Part shown: positions 39,221 through 52,373 of the stretch, piece by piece | How the letters are laid out: every line of letters starts with the position of its first letter | Position numbering within the stretch: position 1 is the first letter of the stretch | IMG/VR virus record: IMGVR_UViG_3300014325_000012 | Span: 39,453-103,452 of that record | Direction: 5' to 3' (one strand) | Source of the DNA: a virus | Length of the DNA: 64,000 bases | Position numbers and translations under genes: made by a program | Notes under the pieces: model-generated | The model's database searches: none | Seen by the model: the letters and a program-made list of their open reading frames with translations, nothing else | Told to the model about the DNA's origin: nothing

Positions 39221-40273
39221 GTGTATATAGTGGAGATGCTACACATGGCAGTATTGGAGTTAACGGAAGTAGAGTGGTATTCATTACCACATAAATGTGT
39301 ACTAAGAACTGTCCCGGAGTTTAGTACTAATAAAGTTACCGGCAAAATGAAGAAGAACAAACGTGCTGGTATGAGAGTATGTGAAATGTGTGGTATAGAG
39401 GATGAAGAAGGTAAGTTTCATCCTGCTACGCGTTGTGTTAAGAAGTTTACCAACCCTATAGATGCTGAGAGATTTAAGCAGACTGTAGTAAATGGGTTGA
39501 ATAGAGTAACACGTAAGACAATGCCTGATGCTACTACACCTGTTAAGTTTGCTGAGTATATACAAATACAGCTACTTAATGGGAAGCTTGTTAGTTGTAT
39601 TAGACTGTTAGATGACACACTATTAATGAGGAGAGTAGGGGGTAAGATTAGTACCAGTGATAATGGTATTAACTGGATGCCCTTTTATCCTGATGATTAT
39701 GTGGAAATAGGTAAACCAACTCCGATATACAACTGTAATGTAAGAGGTGAATATCACCCGTTACTTACAGAGCTTAAAGAGTATATTAGAGAGGGTAAGG
39801 ATTGGACAACAGGTAAGTCCCTTACAGTAGTTGAAAGAAGACAGGAAAAGGTAGGCAGACATACTGGTACTAATGCTGAGGAATATTACTCTCAATTAAT
39901 GTCCAGACAGTTTGCTAAGTCCACTAATGTTAAGATAGCTGAAGACTTAATAGCAGAAGCTAAACATGGTGTGGAAATGAGAAACATGGATAAGACTAGA
40001 GTACACTGTAAACTCTGGGCTTCTAATACAAGAACAAACACATTGAGAATAAGAAAGGAATTATCCTCATTCGGTGCTGTTTATACCATGTATCTAAGAG
40101 TAATATACAGAGCTAAATATTACTGCTTTAGAACACGTAGAGAACAGGAAAACAGTATAGTATTATACGAGAGAGATATAATACTTGCTAAAAACAATAG
40201 ATCACTCCCAGAAGACACAATAAAAGCTATACCGATTAGGTATGGTAAGTTTATGGAAGAGTGGAACATATAA
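39221..40273 (+). CDS. Basic hypothetical protein with Cys/His cluster
   Basis: HKC...CEMC...C; first gene after the GC-rich element. Confidence 0.65.
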   Translation: MYIVEMLHMAVLELTEVEWYSLPHKCVLRTVPEFSTNKVTGKMKKNKRAGMRVCEMCGIEDEEGKFHPATRCVKKFTNPIDAERFKQTVVNGLNRVTRKTMPDATTPVKFAEYIQIQLLNGKLVSCIRLLDDTLLMRRVGGKISTSDNGINWMPFYPDDYVEIGKPTPIYNCNVRGEYHPLLTELKEYIREGKDWTTGKSLTVVERRQEKVGRHTGTNAEEYYSQLMSRQFAKSTNVKIAEDLIAEAKHGVEMRNMDKTRVHCKLWASNTRTNTLRIRKELSSFGAVYTMYLRVIYRAKYYCFRTRREQENSIVLYERDIILAKNNRSLPEDTIKAIPIRYGKFMEEWNI

Positions 40274-40404
40274 AGCTTTACTTGGACCTGCCATGTAAAT
40301 CTCCGCACTTTATAGCCCCTTGTAGCAGTAATGTTATAAGGGGCTTATTGTGTTGTGAGAGGGAAATAAGTCCCCGGTAAGACATAAGATAAGGAAAAAC
40401 TATT

Positions 40405-40989
40405 ATGGGAAATAATCAAGCACCAGTACAGCAACAACAGAAGAACCAAGAAGTCCTTAGCTCTGTTAAAGATACACTGGAAGCTAATAAACCAGTGGAA
40501 CAGAGTAGTGCTCAATCTGAGCTAGAGGCTTTACGTGCTCAATTAAAGGCTGCTGAAGAGGCTAAGAAAGCTGCGGAAGATAAAGCGAAGAGTGCTGAAG
40601 ATAAGGCAATTGAGTCTGAAATTCAAGCGCGTATAGCTAGGGAAGCTGCTGCTAAAGCTACTGAGAAGAAGACAGTAGCTACTGTAGTACCCAAAGAGCT
40701 TAAGCTTTATAGCTTCGATAATGGAGTAACTGCCGGAGATTTTGTAGACTTCGCTACTGGAACAGGACGTGATGCTAATAACATTACCCGTTGTTCTCTT
40801 GGTCAATACGTTGACCGCATGGGTAAGAAGTACCCAGCAAGAGTAACACTCCATGATTACTTCATGAATCAAGCTGGTCAACATGCTCCCACACAGAAGA
40901 GAGTATCCTTTAGTCTGGAAATGCTCCCTGATCTCATTAAGTTCCTGCAACTAGCTGAGGCAGAAGCTAAGAGACAGAATCTCACATAA
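40405..40989 (+). CDS. Coiled-coil protein with possible PC4/YdbC-like ssDNA-binding C-terminus
   Basis: Ala/Glu/Lys-rich coil then VTLHDYF....HAPTQKRVSFSLEMLPDL, resembling the PC4 signature. Confidence 0.45.
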   Translation: MGNNQAPVQQQQKNQEVLSSVKDTLEANKPVEQSSAQSELEALRAQLKAAEEAKKAAEDKAKSAEDKAIESEIQARIAREAAAKATEKKTVATVVPKELKLYSFDNGVTAGDFVDFATGTGRDANNITRCSLGQYVDRMGKKYPARVTLHDYFMNQAGQHAPTQKRVSFSLEMLPDLIKFLQLAEAEAKRQNLT

Positions 40990-42182
40990 GTTTATTTCGG
41001 GCAACCTGAATTGTGGCACTTGTAGCTAGGGAGAGTTAACTCCCTAGCTATTTGTGTTGTTACACTACTGGTAAATGATTTATGTACGAAGAATCCCATG
41101 ACTTTGTGTGTGCTAATTGCGGCAGTACAAAGCAATTATCTACTAAGCCAAGGTATAGTAGAGCTTGGGGATGGTTTTGTAGTAATCATTGCCGGAAAGT
41201 TGTTAGGAAAGCACGTAAGAAAGATATTACATACACACCACAATACAGTAATAAAGGTTAAGGAAAATGACTTTAGGGGAGATTGGTTTTATATTAGACT
41301 TAATAGGCATAACAATGGCATTTGTTATGCTATGTAAGTGGTTTTGTAGACCATAGGGGGGTTCGTTATGCTATACACTACAGCATGTTGCCTAGTTTGT
41401 GCGGAAGCAAAGTACTTAAGTAAACTAGTGGAAGGTAATGAAATGACTAAGGATGACGCTACAGCTATAATGTCACCCAAACTAATAGAGGAAATGGGGA
41501 ATGCAACTAAGGGAACATTTATTTATTACCTTGCCCAGTTATTGCTAAGTTAATATGATACTCAAACTCTTATTGTGTTTTGCATTAGCTACTCTAACTT
41601 ACTCCACCTGGGGAGATAGAGCAATGATAGAACCATTAGGGCTTATGTGGGCAATGTACATTGTAGCTGTTCTAATTGATTAGTTGTTATCTATTGCTCA
41701 GGGTATTTGCCCTGAGCTTTAGTTATTAAACAAGTAAAAGTAAGTCCAGTAATAAATCTATTTCCCCATTACATGAAAGTATACATATCCTAGTAATACC
41801 TAGGTTTTACCGTAAAGAAATAAAGCATTTATTACTCACTTACTCCCTACAACCGGAGGATAGGACACCAATCACTAATTAATTGCAACTCAAACCTATA
41901 AAAATGTTTAAGCCATATTAATGTTTTGGCATATGTATTGCAGTATCCCTTACCCGGAGGATGTATGTAATAGTCCAACCAAATTGAAAGTATTGTAAGC
42001 CCTGGGAGTTATCTCAGGGCTTATCTATTTGTGATGCGCATTGATACTCACCATTACATAAAGGAAAGGTAAATTATACTTGATAGCTGTGCTCTGGCTG
42101 TCCGTTAGGCACCCATCATAGCCTAGTAAAATAAAGTAGAAGGCTAGGGGAGTTATCTCCCCTTTTTACTAAGGTAATTACT

Positions 42183-42587
42183 ATGATACATTGTACATGG
42201 GTGCCACTTAAGCAAGCATTTAGTACCTTAAAGAAGAAGTGGCGTAGTCATAGAAGATTGAAAGTATATTTGGAATATGGTACAGCTTGTCTATTTTGTG
42301 GTTTACAAGCTACTCATTTATCCTGGGATAAACATTTAGCTACGGATAAGAAGCCACACCCTAATTTATGGCATATAAAAGCATCCGGGCAGAAAATTAT
42401 GATGACAGTAGATCACATCATACCAAGAGCTAGAGGAGGTTCCAATCACACGGATAACCTCATGCCTTTATGTGAGAAGTGCAATTCTAAGAAGGGTACA
42501 CGCATAGCATTTTGCTTGTTAGATACTAAACAATTAGCAACAAGACACATTAATACCAATTATCAAGACATCAAGGAAATAGCATGA
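42183..42587 (+). CDS. HNH endonuclease
   Basis: CLFCG ... TVDHIIPRARGGSNHTDNLMPLCEKCNSKKG. Confidence 0.92.
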   Translation: MIHCTWVPLKQAFSTLKKKWRSHRRLKVYLEYGTACLFCGLQATHLSWDKHLATDKKPHPNLWHIKASGQKIMMTVDHIIPRARGGSNHTDNLMPLCEKCNSKKGTRIAFCLLDTKQLATRHINTNYQDIKEIA

Positions 42588-43017
42588 AAGAACTTACATT
42601 TGCAATACTGTTTGTTGGTGGTATGATATTTGCCTTGTGTGGAGAGGCTGGAATACTTAACATTACTACACCATTACCTCTTAGTTTAGATGATATATTA
42701 CTTCCCATCCTTGGCTTATTTTTAGGTGGTGTGATGATAGGATTTTCCCTTCGTAAGGCAGTAGAGATATCGGATAATGATTAGTTTGATAATAAAGACA
42801 ACTCTTAGCCTTACCTGTGCATCATTAGGAGCTGTATTACTTCATAACCATCCTTTGGAAGCACCTTATGCCATTATGTTGGTATATATGGGTGGAATTA
42901 TATTAGGAACTATCTAATGACATACTCCGATTTATGTAAATTAAGTACCCTATTAGGGTTTTGCTCGGGTATCATACTTCTTATTATCGTAGTTGTTATG
43001 ACAATAAAGGGTGAGCA

Positions 43018-43245
43018 ATGAGTATAGTAGAAGAAATAATAAAAGAAGAGTTTTTGGCATACCAAGATACTACTGAACAAGAGTTTATGCTTGGTATGGG
43101 TTTATTAGGTATTGAACCGTTGGAAGTAGTACAAATACTAAATGGGAAACCTATTACAGAGAGACAAGCGGAGGCATTGAGTAATTACTTTAATACATCT
43201 CAGGCGTTCTGGATTAACTTAAACAACATGGAGAAAACCAAATGA
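43018..43245 (+). CDS. HigA-like helix-turn-helix protein
   Basis: IIKEEFL ... ILNGKPITERQAEALSNYFNTSQAFWINL matches the HigA/VapI pattern. Confidence 0.75.
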   Translation: MSIVEEIIKEEFLAYQDTTEQEFMLGMGLLGIEPLEVVQILNGKPITERQAEALSNYFNTSQAFWINLNNMEKTK

Positions 43246-46200
43246 ATTTAGTTCCACCAACCACAGTAGGTGCCACCCTTACAGTAAAGTCCGTAGTACT
43301 AATGTCACGAGGACTTAGGTTCTATTATTCCGATGAACAACAAAAGTTTTATTTGGCGGAAGTATTTAACTTCGGTCACTGGTCTAAACTACCTTGGGAT
43401 ACGGATAAAATACTGGAAGAAATTGATAGCCGCAAGCTCACTAAGGACGGTAAGCCTAACCTTAAGTGGGAAGTAACTATTGAGCTTAATGGAAAGGATG
43501 TAGGGCTGCCTCCTATTATCTGTGAAGTAAGTGAACAGGAAGCTAAAGAGCACCTAATGAAGAAAATAGCAGAAATTAGAGCTAATGTTGCTACTCAAAC
43601 CAAATAATATTACGGCGGGACTTGCTACCACAGTATGAGGGCGAGGTTAGTCCGTAAGTGGTGAGATGGAAAGCATCACCAGCCTATAGCCTGGGTATTA
43701 ATACCCAGGCTATATTTGTATATTTTTGTAACCTCAAGATACTGGTATATTATGAGTATTATAAGAGACATGGAAGAGGAAATTGCCCAAAAGGTGGCTA
43801 AAAAGAAACTTAAGAGGGATATGGTCACTACATGGTGGTTGTTTTGGGGATTTTTACTGGTATTTAATTTAATTCTCCTTCTAGCGCAGTGGGGACTGAA
43901 AACTTTATGATAACTTTAGGTGCTTATGTTGCCACTTGTCCAATAACTTCACCACGGACATTAGTGAGAGGGTTTGTTGTTGGTAATCCAGAGCCCTATG
44001 TAATAGCTGTACTAGTAACTTGGTCTGGTGAGCTTATTTATAAACAAGGTGAAATAATACATTGTTTTATGAACACAGTAACTGAATTAGATTCCAAACT
44101 CATAGAAACAGATGTGGAAAAGGGCTGGAACGATAAAGAAAAGGTAAGATTACCACACCTCAGTATGTTTACCGACCAGGAAATACTTAATGAGTATAGC
44201 CGTAGGTGTAAGGAAAACCAAGAAAAGGAAGCTCTTAGATTAGCAGGGTTAAAGTCTGAATGGCAACTACTCAGAGAAAAATATAGTGATGTAGCCTACC
44301 AACTCTGTAATGAAATATATGAAGATTTCAAAGGTGGAGAGGAAGGTAGTTAAGTGTTTACTCTACAAAAACTAAAGAAACAATTTGTTAAGGGCTACCA
44401 AACTATTACACAAAGACAACTCATACAACATGATCCTACTATAGATAAAGCTATAGATAATTTAGATGTAGCAATACAGGAAGTGGAAAGCTGTTGAGAG
44501 TTTGACAGTGACCATGAGCTATGTATTAAGTCTCTGTATAAATGTTCCTTACTGTTAGAGTCTCTTAAGTATGAAAAGACATAATTAAATGAGATATCAC
44601 CTTATTAAGAAAAGTAGAGTTTACAATGGTAAACCTTACTGTGGGCCAGCCTCTAACAATAAACCCGCCGAGGCAGAAACACACTTAAAAGCTTTGATAT
44701 TAAAGGCGGAATTACAACTCAAAAATCCTGTTGGTTGGGTTATTATAGATACAAAAGAGAAGTTAAACTACTATCTACACTAAGGTAAAAACATGATTCC
44801 ATATAATCCTAAGTGCGATGAGCTTGACTTGAAACTAAAAGAACAACGAGCTAAAAATATTAGCACTGACATTAACTCTCTCCGTACCACCCTGTCCGTT
44901 CTAAAAGAAGAGATAGATACTATAAAGAAAAAAATTAATTCCCCTGGAATATATTTAGTTATACATATGGGATATAGATTACTTTTGGTTACTAACCATA
45001 GTAATGTTGATTCCATAGGATTAGATGGTGGTTGTCTTAGATATGGATGGGTAGGAGATGTGGAGGAGTTTATTAAAATTCACAATATAACTATTTTAGG
45101 TAAATTAGAGAATAAGGACTTGGTGAACCTAGATCCCGGAAAGTCTATATTTAGTGAACATCATTACCCCATAGAGGAGCAGTAATGGAAGACAAGGATA
45201 AATATAAAATTAGGCGTCTTGGTACACCCTTAGATGGTTGTGGCTTACCTGAAGGACTTATAAAGGACTTTAGAAATAAGGGAATACATTCTCTACAAGG
45301 TGTTTTCGGTTTATCTGTTGCTGCTAGAGTAGGTGAAGGCCTTAATGAAATAGGCGAGCCTTATGGTCTCACACATCAGCAAATCCATGATTTAATAGGT
45401 AATTTACTATCCAAGGAAGAAGTTATTAGATTATGTAGTCCTATACCTAAGTATGGTATGGGCTGTAGCCTATAATTTTCATATAGCTAAGCGTTACACC
45501 CTTATGATATAGCGTCCATGCTTGGTTTCATTAGGATAAAGTAACAATATAAGCTATAGTATATAGCTACGGATGAACACTCACATTCTCCGTAGCTAAG
45601 TTTTATTTACTAAGGAATGCATACTATGAGACTACTAATAGGTAGAGTAAACGGGGAAGACATATATAGTACTCACAGATTTTATAACACACAATATATT
45701 AATGAAATAGAGTTTAGACATGCTATGGACTGGAAGGATAGTCACTGGCGTAGGCATAGAGAACTCTATGATTTTTATACTGGTATAACTACTGAGGATA
45801 TGTTAGGTAACCAAGAACATAAGGACAATATAATACGTACTATATTTGAAGGACAAAGAGGCTGGCCCACATGGCTCTATAAGTTTTTATGTTATATTTC
45901 CGGATATCCCCATGGACTTGATGAGTAATTATATGAATGAAAATGAAATACATTACCACAAATGCCAAGATGTAATAATACGCTACTTAGATACAAGAAC
46001 ATATAAAGTAGTTCGCAAAGGCTGTGGTAGGGTATTTAGTCATACATTTTCAGAGGCATTGGTTATAGGTTTAACCAAAGCACATACTTGTCCTAATTGT
46101 GGTAATAAGCATCAGGATATAATGTATCACCCTGAAAAACAAAAGGTGTTAATGTCATGAAAACGTGTACAGTTTATCTTCCTGAAGTAGGAGACTCAGT

Positions 46201-46347
46201 ATATTTTCCAGAAACAGAAGAAAGTCTTACTATAGCGTATGTGGAAAGTCCGTTCTTTATTACACTAGAATCCGGAACTTCTATTAATTGGAATAGTATA
46301 GATTGGGACGATGGTGCAAAGGTCTGGGTTAAGTAGTAGAGGCTATT

Positions 46348-46722
46348 GTGTTTGAATTTCCACTAACAAAAGAGCAAGAAGTTAATGTTTACCAGCTTAT
46401 CATGGCTCTACGCTCTGGTAAGTATCCTCAAGGTAAAGGGCACCTAAAGGGTATTGGCAGTGGAGGTTATTGTCCTTTAGGAGTAGCGTGTGAGATAAGC
46501 GGACTAGGTAGATGGAGAGCTATGGGATTAGTCCTTGCTTTTATACTTAAAAATGATTTTGCCGCCACTCAATTACCAGAAGCCGTGAGAAAACATTATG
46601 GCTTCAAGTCTCGTTACCCTAAGACAAAAGACGGAAAAAGTATTGTTAGTCTTAACGATGATGAACGCTTACCATTTGAACAAATAGCTGAAATAATTGA
46701 ACAAGAGGTATTAAACAAGTGA
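46348..46722 (+). CDS. Conserved phage protein, paralog of 63416-63841
   Basis: ALRSGKYPQGKGHL..YCPLGVACE..LND...F.QIA..IE. Confidence 0.75.
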   Translation: MFEFPLTKEQEVNVYQLIMALRSGKYPQGKGHLKGIGSGGYCPLGVACEISGLGRWRAMGLVLAFILKNDFAATQLPEAVRKHYGFKSRYPKTKDGKSIVSLNDDERLPFEQIAEIIEQEVLNK

Positions 46723-47234
46723 ACATAAATAAAGAGTTTTTGCGTGATGTAATCATTAATGACGGTGGCGCATATATGTACGCAAATGGTACATATTGTG
46801 TATTTGGTGCTGTTATTACTGCATTAGGATGGAAACCACAAGGGCTAATAGTTAAGCCAGTAAATAGAGGAACGGCAGAACGTCCTAATATTACAATGGA
46901 CATGCATTCTCCTATCAAAGGAGAGGAATGGAGTCTGCGACGAAAGTGGATATATTCTGTAAACTCATCTTTCTTTCACTCTCTGTCCTCTTTAGAGGTG
47001 GGGCTGTATAAAAATCGTCAACAAGTAGAATTTAATGGAGATGCTATCTCTCCTATTACACCGCAACAAGCTAAAGCATGTTTGCTGGACCTAGTGAACA
47101 TGTATTTTCCAGATCCAGTGGATGTAGATGACATTGACCTTTCTGATCCAACAGTACCAAAAGATACAGATGACTTAGATAATACGGAGAATAAAGTAAA
47201 TGAGCGAGTACTCTGTGGAAGTGGTAGAAATTAA
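46719..47234 (+). CDS. Hypothetical protein, paralog of 53665-54081
   Basis: Shared N-terminus EFLR.V..NDG......G.YCV.GAV...LG. Confidence 0.7.
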   Translation: MNINKEFLRDVIINDGGAYMYANGTYCVFGAVITALGWKPQGLIVKPVNRGTAERPNITMDMHSPIKGEEWSLRRKWIYSVNSSFFHSLSSLEVGLYKNRQQVEFNGDAISPITPQQAKACLLDLVNMYFPDPVDVDDIDLSDPTVPKDTDDLDNTENKVNERVLCGSGRN

Positions 47235-47878
47235 GGTGTAAGTAGGGCTTTTTCTATCTCCCAGCCATGGTCTAGTCTATACCTAACCTTACAATAGAAT
47301 GCCTTATCTTTCTTAACGCCAAACCTCTCTATCGCCTCTTTAACAGAATAATTGTGACCATGTACGCTAACTATTCTATTAGTGCTCTTATTATTGGCTT
47401 GCTGCTTACGGGTAAGCCAATTACAATTTGATGGCTCATAATTACCATCATTGTTAATTCTGTTGATAGTTAAACCTGGCTCCCACTTATCTATGGACCA
47501 ATTGTAAAAATTGATAAATCCTTCTCCATTAGGAAGGAGCCACTCATCACAAACTTTAATTCCCCTACCACCATAGACATGAAATTCTCTATTTGATTTA
47601 TAAGTACATCTATTTTTCATACCACCCCATAAAATATATAAAGGGTGTGATGAAAGCCCATGTATTAGGTTTCTATTAGTGGTAGCCCTACTCACTGCTT
47701 CCTTAACTAGACAACCACATGACTTTGTGGGTCTCCTACGTCTTGTGAGGTCTCCTGTACAGACAACCTTTTCATTTCCACAATCGCATTTACATAGCCA
47801 GTAATATGATCGCCCTCTCTTTTCATGAAAAGAGAGGACAGTCCATCTATGTATTTTACTTCCAGGAGTTATTGGCAT
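47231..47878 (-). CDS. HNH-type homing endonuclease, paralog of 38226-38741
   Basis: WLCKCDCG, KSCGC, HGLS, GMKNRC, YGGRGIKVCDEW and INNDGNYEPSNC motifs. Confidence 0.9.
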   Translation of the reverse strand: MPITPGSKIHRWTVLSFHEKRGRSYYWLCKCDCGNEKVVCTGDLTRRRRPTKSCGCLVKEAVSRATTNRNLIHGLSSHPLYILWGGMKNRCTYKSNREFHVYGGRGIKVCDEWLLPNGEGFINFYNWSIDKWEPGLTINRINNDGNYEPSNCNWLTRKQQANNKSTNRIVSVHGHNYSVKEAIERFGVKKDKAFYCKVRYRLDHGWEIEKALLTP

Positions 47879-47896
47879 ATCTATAGGATATATTAA

Positions 47897-48892
47897 ATGA
47901 GTGAGTATGCAGTTAAAGTTTGTAAATTATTAAACATTCAACCAGTACCTAATTCTGACAACCTCTCAATGGCGAAGATTGAAGGCTATAATGTTATTTG
48001 GAACCATAATGAAAACCCATATGGTATGGATAGGCCTTATCGTGAGCAAGATGAGATTATATTAGTTTTAGAGGATTCCGTAGTCCCGGAAAATGACCCA
48101 AGATGGGCTTATTTGGGAGAGCATAGAAGAATTAAGGCTAAAAGATTACGCGGTGTGTTTAGTATGGCAGTAATCACTCCATCTAAACCAGAATTCTCAT
48201 TGGGTCAAGATGTTAGAGAACAGCTAGGCATTACAAGATACACTCCCCCTGAGCCTGTGACTACTGGAGGGGACAATGAGAAAGATCCTGGGTTCCTTCC
48301 CCATTACACTGATATAGCTTCCCTTAGAAGATATGAGGATATATTTGTACCCGGAGAACAAGTTATAGTAACTGAAAAGCTTGATGGCGCTAATGGTAGA
48401 TGGTTATATAAAGATGGAAGATTATGGGTAGGTTCCCATTCCTGTATTAAATCACCTACTAGTAATACTGTATGGTGGAGAGTAGCTAAGCAGTTAGACT
48501 TAGAGAAGAAATTAGAAGCTTTTGAGAATATAGCTATATATGGAGAAGTATATGGTTATGTACAAAGCTTGAGGTATGGCGCAAAGCCTGGTGAGGTTAT
48601 GTTAGCTGTATTTGATGCTATGGATGTAAGAACACGTACATATTTTGACCATGATAAGCTAGAACAGCTATGTAAAGTATTAGAGCTACCAATGGTCCCC
48701 GTTATATACAATGGTCCCTTTATTGCTGATGTAGTGAAAGGTATAGCAGAAGGTAAAACTACCATTAAAGGTGGAGATAACATCCGGGAAGGTGTAGTAA
48801 TTAAACCAGTAAACGAAAGGTTTGATGAAAGACTAGGCGGTAGAGTAATACTTAAATACGTAAGTGAACAGTACTTACTTAAGAAGAAATAG
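47897..48892 (+). CDS. ATP-dependent RNA ligase, DRB0094 family (N-terminal OB/tRNA-binding-like domain)
   Basis: IQPVPNSDNL and KRLRGVFS in the N-terminus; motif I TEKLDGAN; YGEVYG, VFD, REGVVIKP and terminal ILKYVSEQYL. Confidence 0.93.
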   Translation: MSEYAVKVCKLLNIQPVPNSDNLSMAKIEGYNVIWNHNENPYGMDRPYREQDEIILVLEDSVVPENDPRWAYLGEHRRIKAKRLRGVFSMAVITPSKPEFSLGQDVREQLGITRYTPPEPVTTGGDNEKDPGFLPHYTDIASLRRYEDIFVPGEQVIVTEKLDGANGRWLYKDGRLWVGSHSCIKSPTSNTVWWRVAKQLDLEKKLEAFENIAIYGEVYGYVQSLRYGAKPGEVMLAVFDAMDVRTRTYFDHDKLEQLCKVLELPMVPVIYNGPFIADVVKGIAEGKTTIKGGDNIREGVVIKPVNERFDERLGGRVILKYVSEQYLLKKK

Positions 48893-51800
48893 GTATAGTC
48901 ATGGATGCAGCATCAGTTGAGAGCCCAGTATATTTGGTTTCTGATGGTGTGTATGAGTTATGGGTGGCAGAACATAATGAAATTAAGGCAAAGGAACTAA
49001 AAGCAGACATACTCACCTTAATTACATCTGACTTACCGGACTCTGAAATTATTTTAACCATTAAACACAAATTAATTAATTATGGGTAAAGGTAAACAAA
49101 AACGGTCATGGGTATGGTGTACTGGAGATAGTAGTAGTTTTATTAAGGTGGGACGAAGACTATTATGTACAGTGTGCCGGCAAAAGTTTCTACCTCAGTC
49201 CTATAATTGTGAGTATCGTGCTGTAAGTGGAGGTAATGGGTGTTGGCATCCTAGATTACCTACTCATAAACGACCATATAAACATCCTTAAAGGTTCCCC
49301 ATGCAACTAAATAGCAATCAAAATACTATAGAGTCTATGGGTAATCTAAAGTTGGGATGGGATGGTCATAATACTCCACCACTACCTAAAATATGTCTTA
49401 CAGAAGCACAAAAACTTAAGGATTTACTAGATACTCTTCCCGTTAATTACTATCTATTCCCAGGACCAGGAGGTTTTGTTGAGTTTGAGTTTGAAGACAG
49501 CTTAAACTTAAGTATTTGGGTCTATGGCGTAGAGAGGGGAGCATTATATGCAGAAGCAGATAAGAACGATTGGGGATACGAATTCTTCTCATTTGAAGAA
49601 CTTAGTAATGCTTTGCCCGACTTATTAATAAAGGAAGTATAAAAGTGGTAAACATAGATAGAAATAAGATATGTGAATGGAATTTACACTTAGAGGGATT
49701 TACCAAACAATATGATTTTACTACCCTTGGAGGCTCATGCTGGCATAATGAGGAAGGATGGGCAGTATGGTTTCATGAGAGATGTCCTGTTACATCAACT
49801 AAGCTTGGTCGCTTTGTACAAATAGAACAAAGTTTCAAGTTTATGGCTTGGATAAGAAGACCAGAAAACCCTATAATAAGTGCTGGTGTTGAAGTTTCCA
49901 CCATGGAACACGTAAGAGGATATATGCTTAACTACAAGGAGACACACTGTGAAACCGCATAGAGACATGAGTAAGAGAAAATCCCATAGAGAAAAGAAAA
50001 ATGCTACTTCCCATGCTGCTTGGGTGGAGAGAAAGAAACAAAGAAACAAGGATGCTAGAAACAAGGATATTAATGCATCCTAGGAGATGTCATGCAAAAG
50101 TCAGAGTTATTAAGTCTTTTAGGGCTGGTTGAAGCTAAAATTAAAACCTTTGATGATGTTATTAAACACCATGAGATGTGTAAGAAAGGAGTTTTCTCTG
50201 TCTATCATTTGGTTAGCAAACAACAGTTAGATGAGGCTGAGAGGGGCTTAATTTGGTGGAACCAAATTAAAGAAGGGCTATTACAAGAAATAGAAAAGGT
50301 AGGCGATACAGTAGCTTACCGGGAAACAGCACAAGCAGCACAATCTGAAGAAAGTAATCCCTATAATTTTTACATATACCTCTAGGGTTAAAACACAAAT
50401 GAATACTCTATCTCTCAAACAACTAGCAGACCACACAGGACTACCTATTAGGTGGCTAAGTAAACAACTAAAGAAAGGAATTCCTACTGGGGCTATTCTA
50501 TACCATTCTCTTAGGGGCACACAATGGATAGTACCATATTCAGACCTAGAAAATTTGAAAAGGGTGTACAGGGAATTATATGATATAGAGCACTCTAAGT
50601 CTCAAACTCATCCAATAGTAGAAATGGGTTTATTGTATGGAAGAATTATTAACATTCCTAGGGTTAAAGCATAAATGAACGCAGAACAGTTAAACAATTA
50701 TGAGCCCTTCTTACAAGAAATATTTGGAAACTATACTGGTCCTTATGTTGTAGAAGTAACCGGAGAAGATTCCCTTAAAATACTACTACCTAACACTCCT
50801 CATGCTTCCTTAGTAGCAAAGGACTGTATAGTATTTGCCACTAATCCCAAGGTATTTATAGAGTACGATAGAACTTGGATTCCGGATGAAGCTACTGTAT
50901 TACTCTTCGATAGAAAAAATAAGCTTAAAGGCTTACAGGACCAGTATAGACAACAAAAAATACAGTTAGAAGAGATTAAAAAGCAAATAGAGGAGCTAAG
51001 TCCTAGTTTAGGTCTTTGGTTAGTTTCCAATGAGTTAATGTTTTCCTCTCACGACGATGCCATAGCTATATTTAGCACAAAAGAGAAGGCGGAAGCTTAT
51101 ACTAATAAGCGAAATGGAGAAAACAAGGGCAATGAGTTATGTAAGTGCAACCAGTGTAAAAATAGTTTTTTCTACAGAAAAATAATTACTAGTAGATTTG
51201 CGGACGAGGAAGACTTATCCCCAGGAGCAAAATGGCTAATATTAAACAATGTTCCTAGTGTGGGAGAGTTTTCCTTATTTCCTGAGTCAAGTACTGAAGT
51301 TCAAACATTTGTGATAGATAAGGAGAACAATGACTGAGCCATTATGTACATTTGACCTGAAAAAAGAAAAAAGATTGGCTATACAACCAAATGAGTCTAT
51401 TGCTATATTGTTTAATATGCTACAAAATATGTTTGGGAAAGAAAAAGCGGAAAAGGCTACTAAAGGATTAATTAAAAAGGAAATGGTGGAGTGTAGTGAA
51501 TAGTATTAGGAAACGGACTGTACCTGAAGTAATATGTCAAGCCTTACTATCTGGAACTTTAGGTATTGTTTATATGGCTGCTTTTGATGCTATGGCACCT
51601 TGTGATAATATGGGTGTAGGTATAGTTACTGCTGTATTTAGTGGAATACTGGGGGCCATTACTGTTCATGCTGTATTAGAGGTATTGAAATGAGGTCCTT
51701 ACTTGGTTCTGTTATTATTAGCAGCTTAACTGCTTTTATAATAATTATTTTGCCACAAGCACTACTTATGACTGTGTTTTATGAGGCTTTAGGTTCTTCG

Positions 51801-52373
51801 GATGTTGGGCAAAACTACTTTGTAGCTCTCCTAACCTTTATGGCATACTGTCAAGAGTTTTGGTATGCTCCTGTTTTGTCTGTTATTGTAGTAACTTCCA
51901 TTATTATGATTGGGACTTATGTTAGTGCGAGGTTTAGTCATGAGTAAGAAGCATAAAGACCTACCTAAAAAGGTAATTAAGCTAATAAAAAGACTGAAAA
52001 CGGAAAACGGTAAGCTTATACTAGACCATAATGCCGCTGTGAATGAAGTAAATGACATGCGGTTCCGCTTAAATAATATAAAAGTGGCAATCAAAGCAAG
52101 TATGAGTAGAAGTGACAAGTTAAAGTACCAAATTTTATCTGACCAAGAGTATATTACTTTCCTCAAGGACTTTATACAGGAAAACGGTCTTACTATTCCC
52201 GTGTTTAGTAAGATAGAGGAAACCGACGACGGTACTAAAATTACAGTTAAGGCAGAAATAGTAGATTCAAACTCAGTACATATTGCCTCACAAAGGGAGT
52301 GCGATTCTGTTTGTACACAATCCCATATTCCTAACAAGAAAACTAAAAAAGCGTTAGCTAAGGCTGGAAAATA

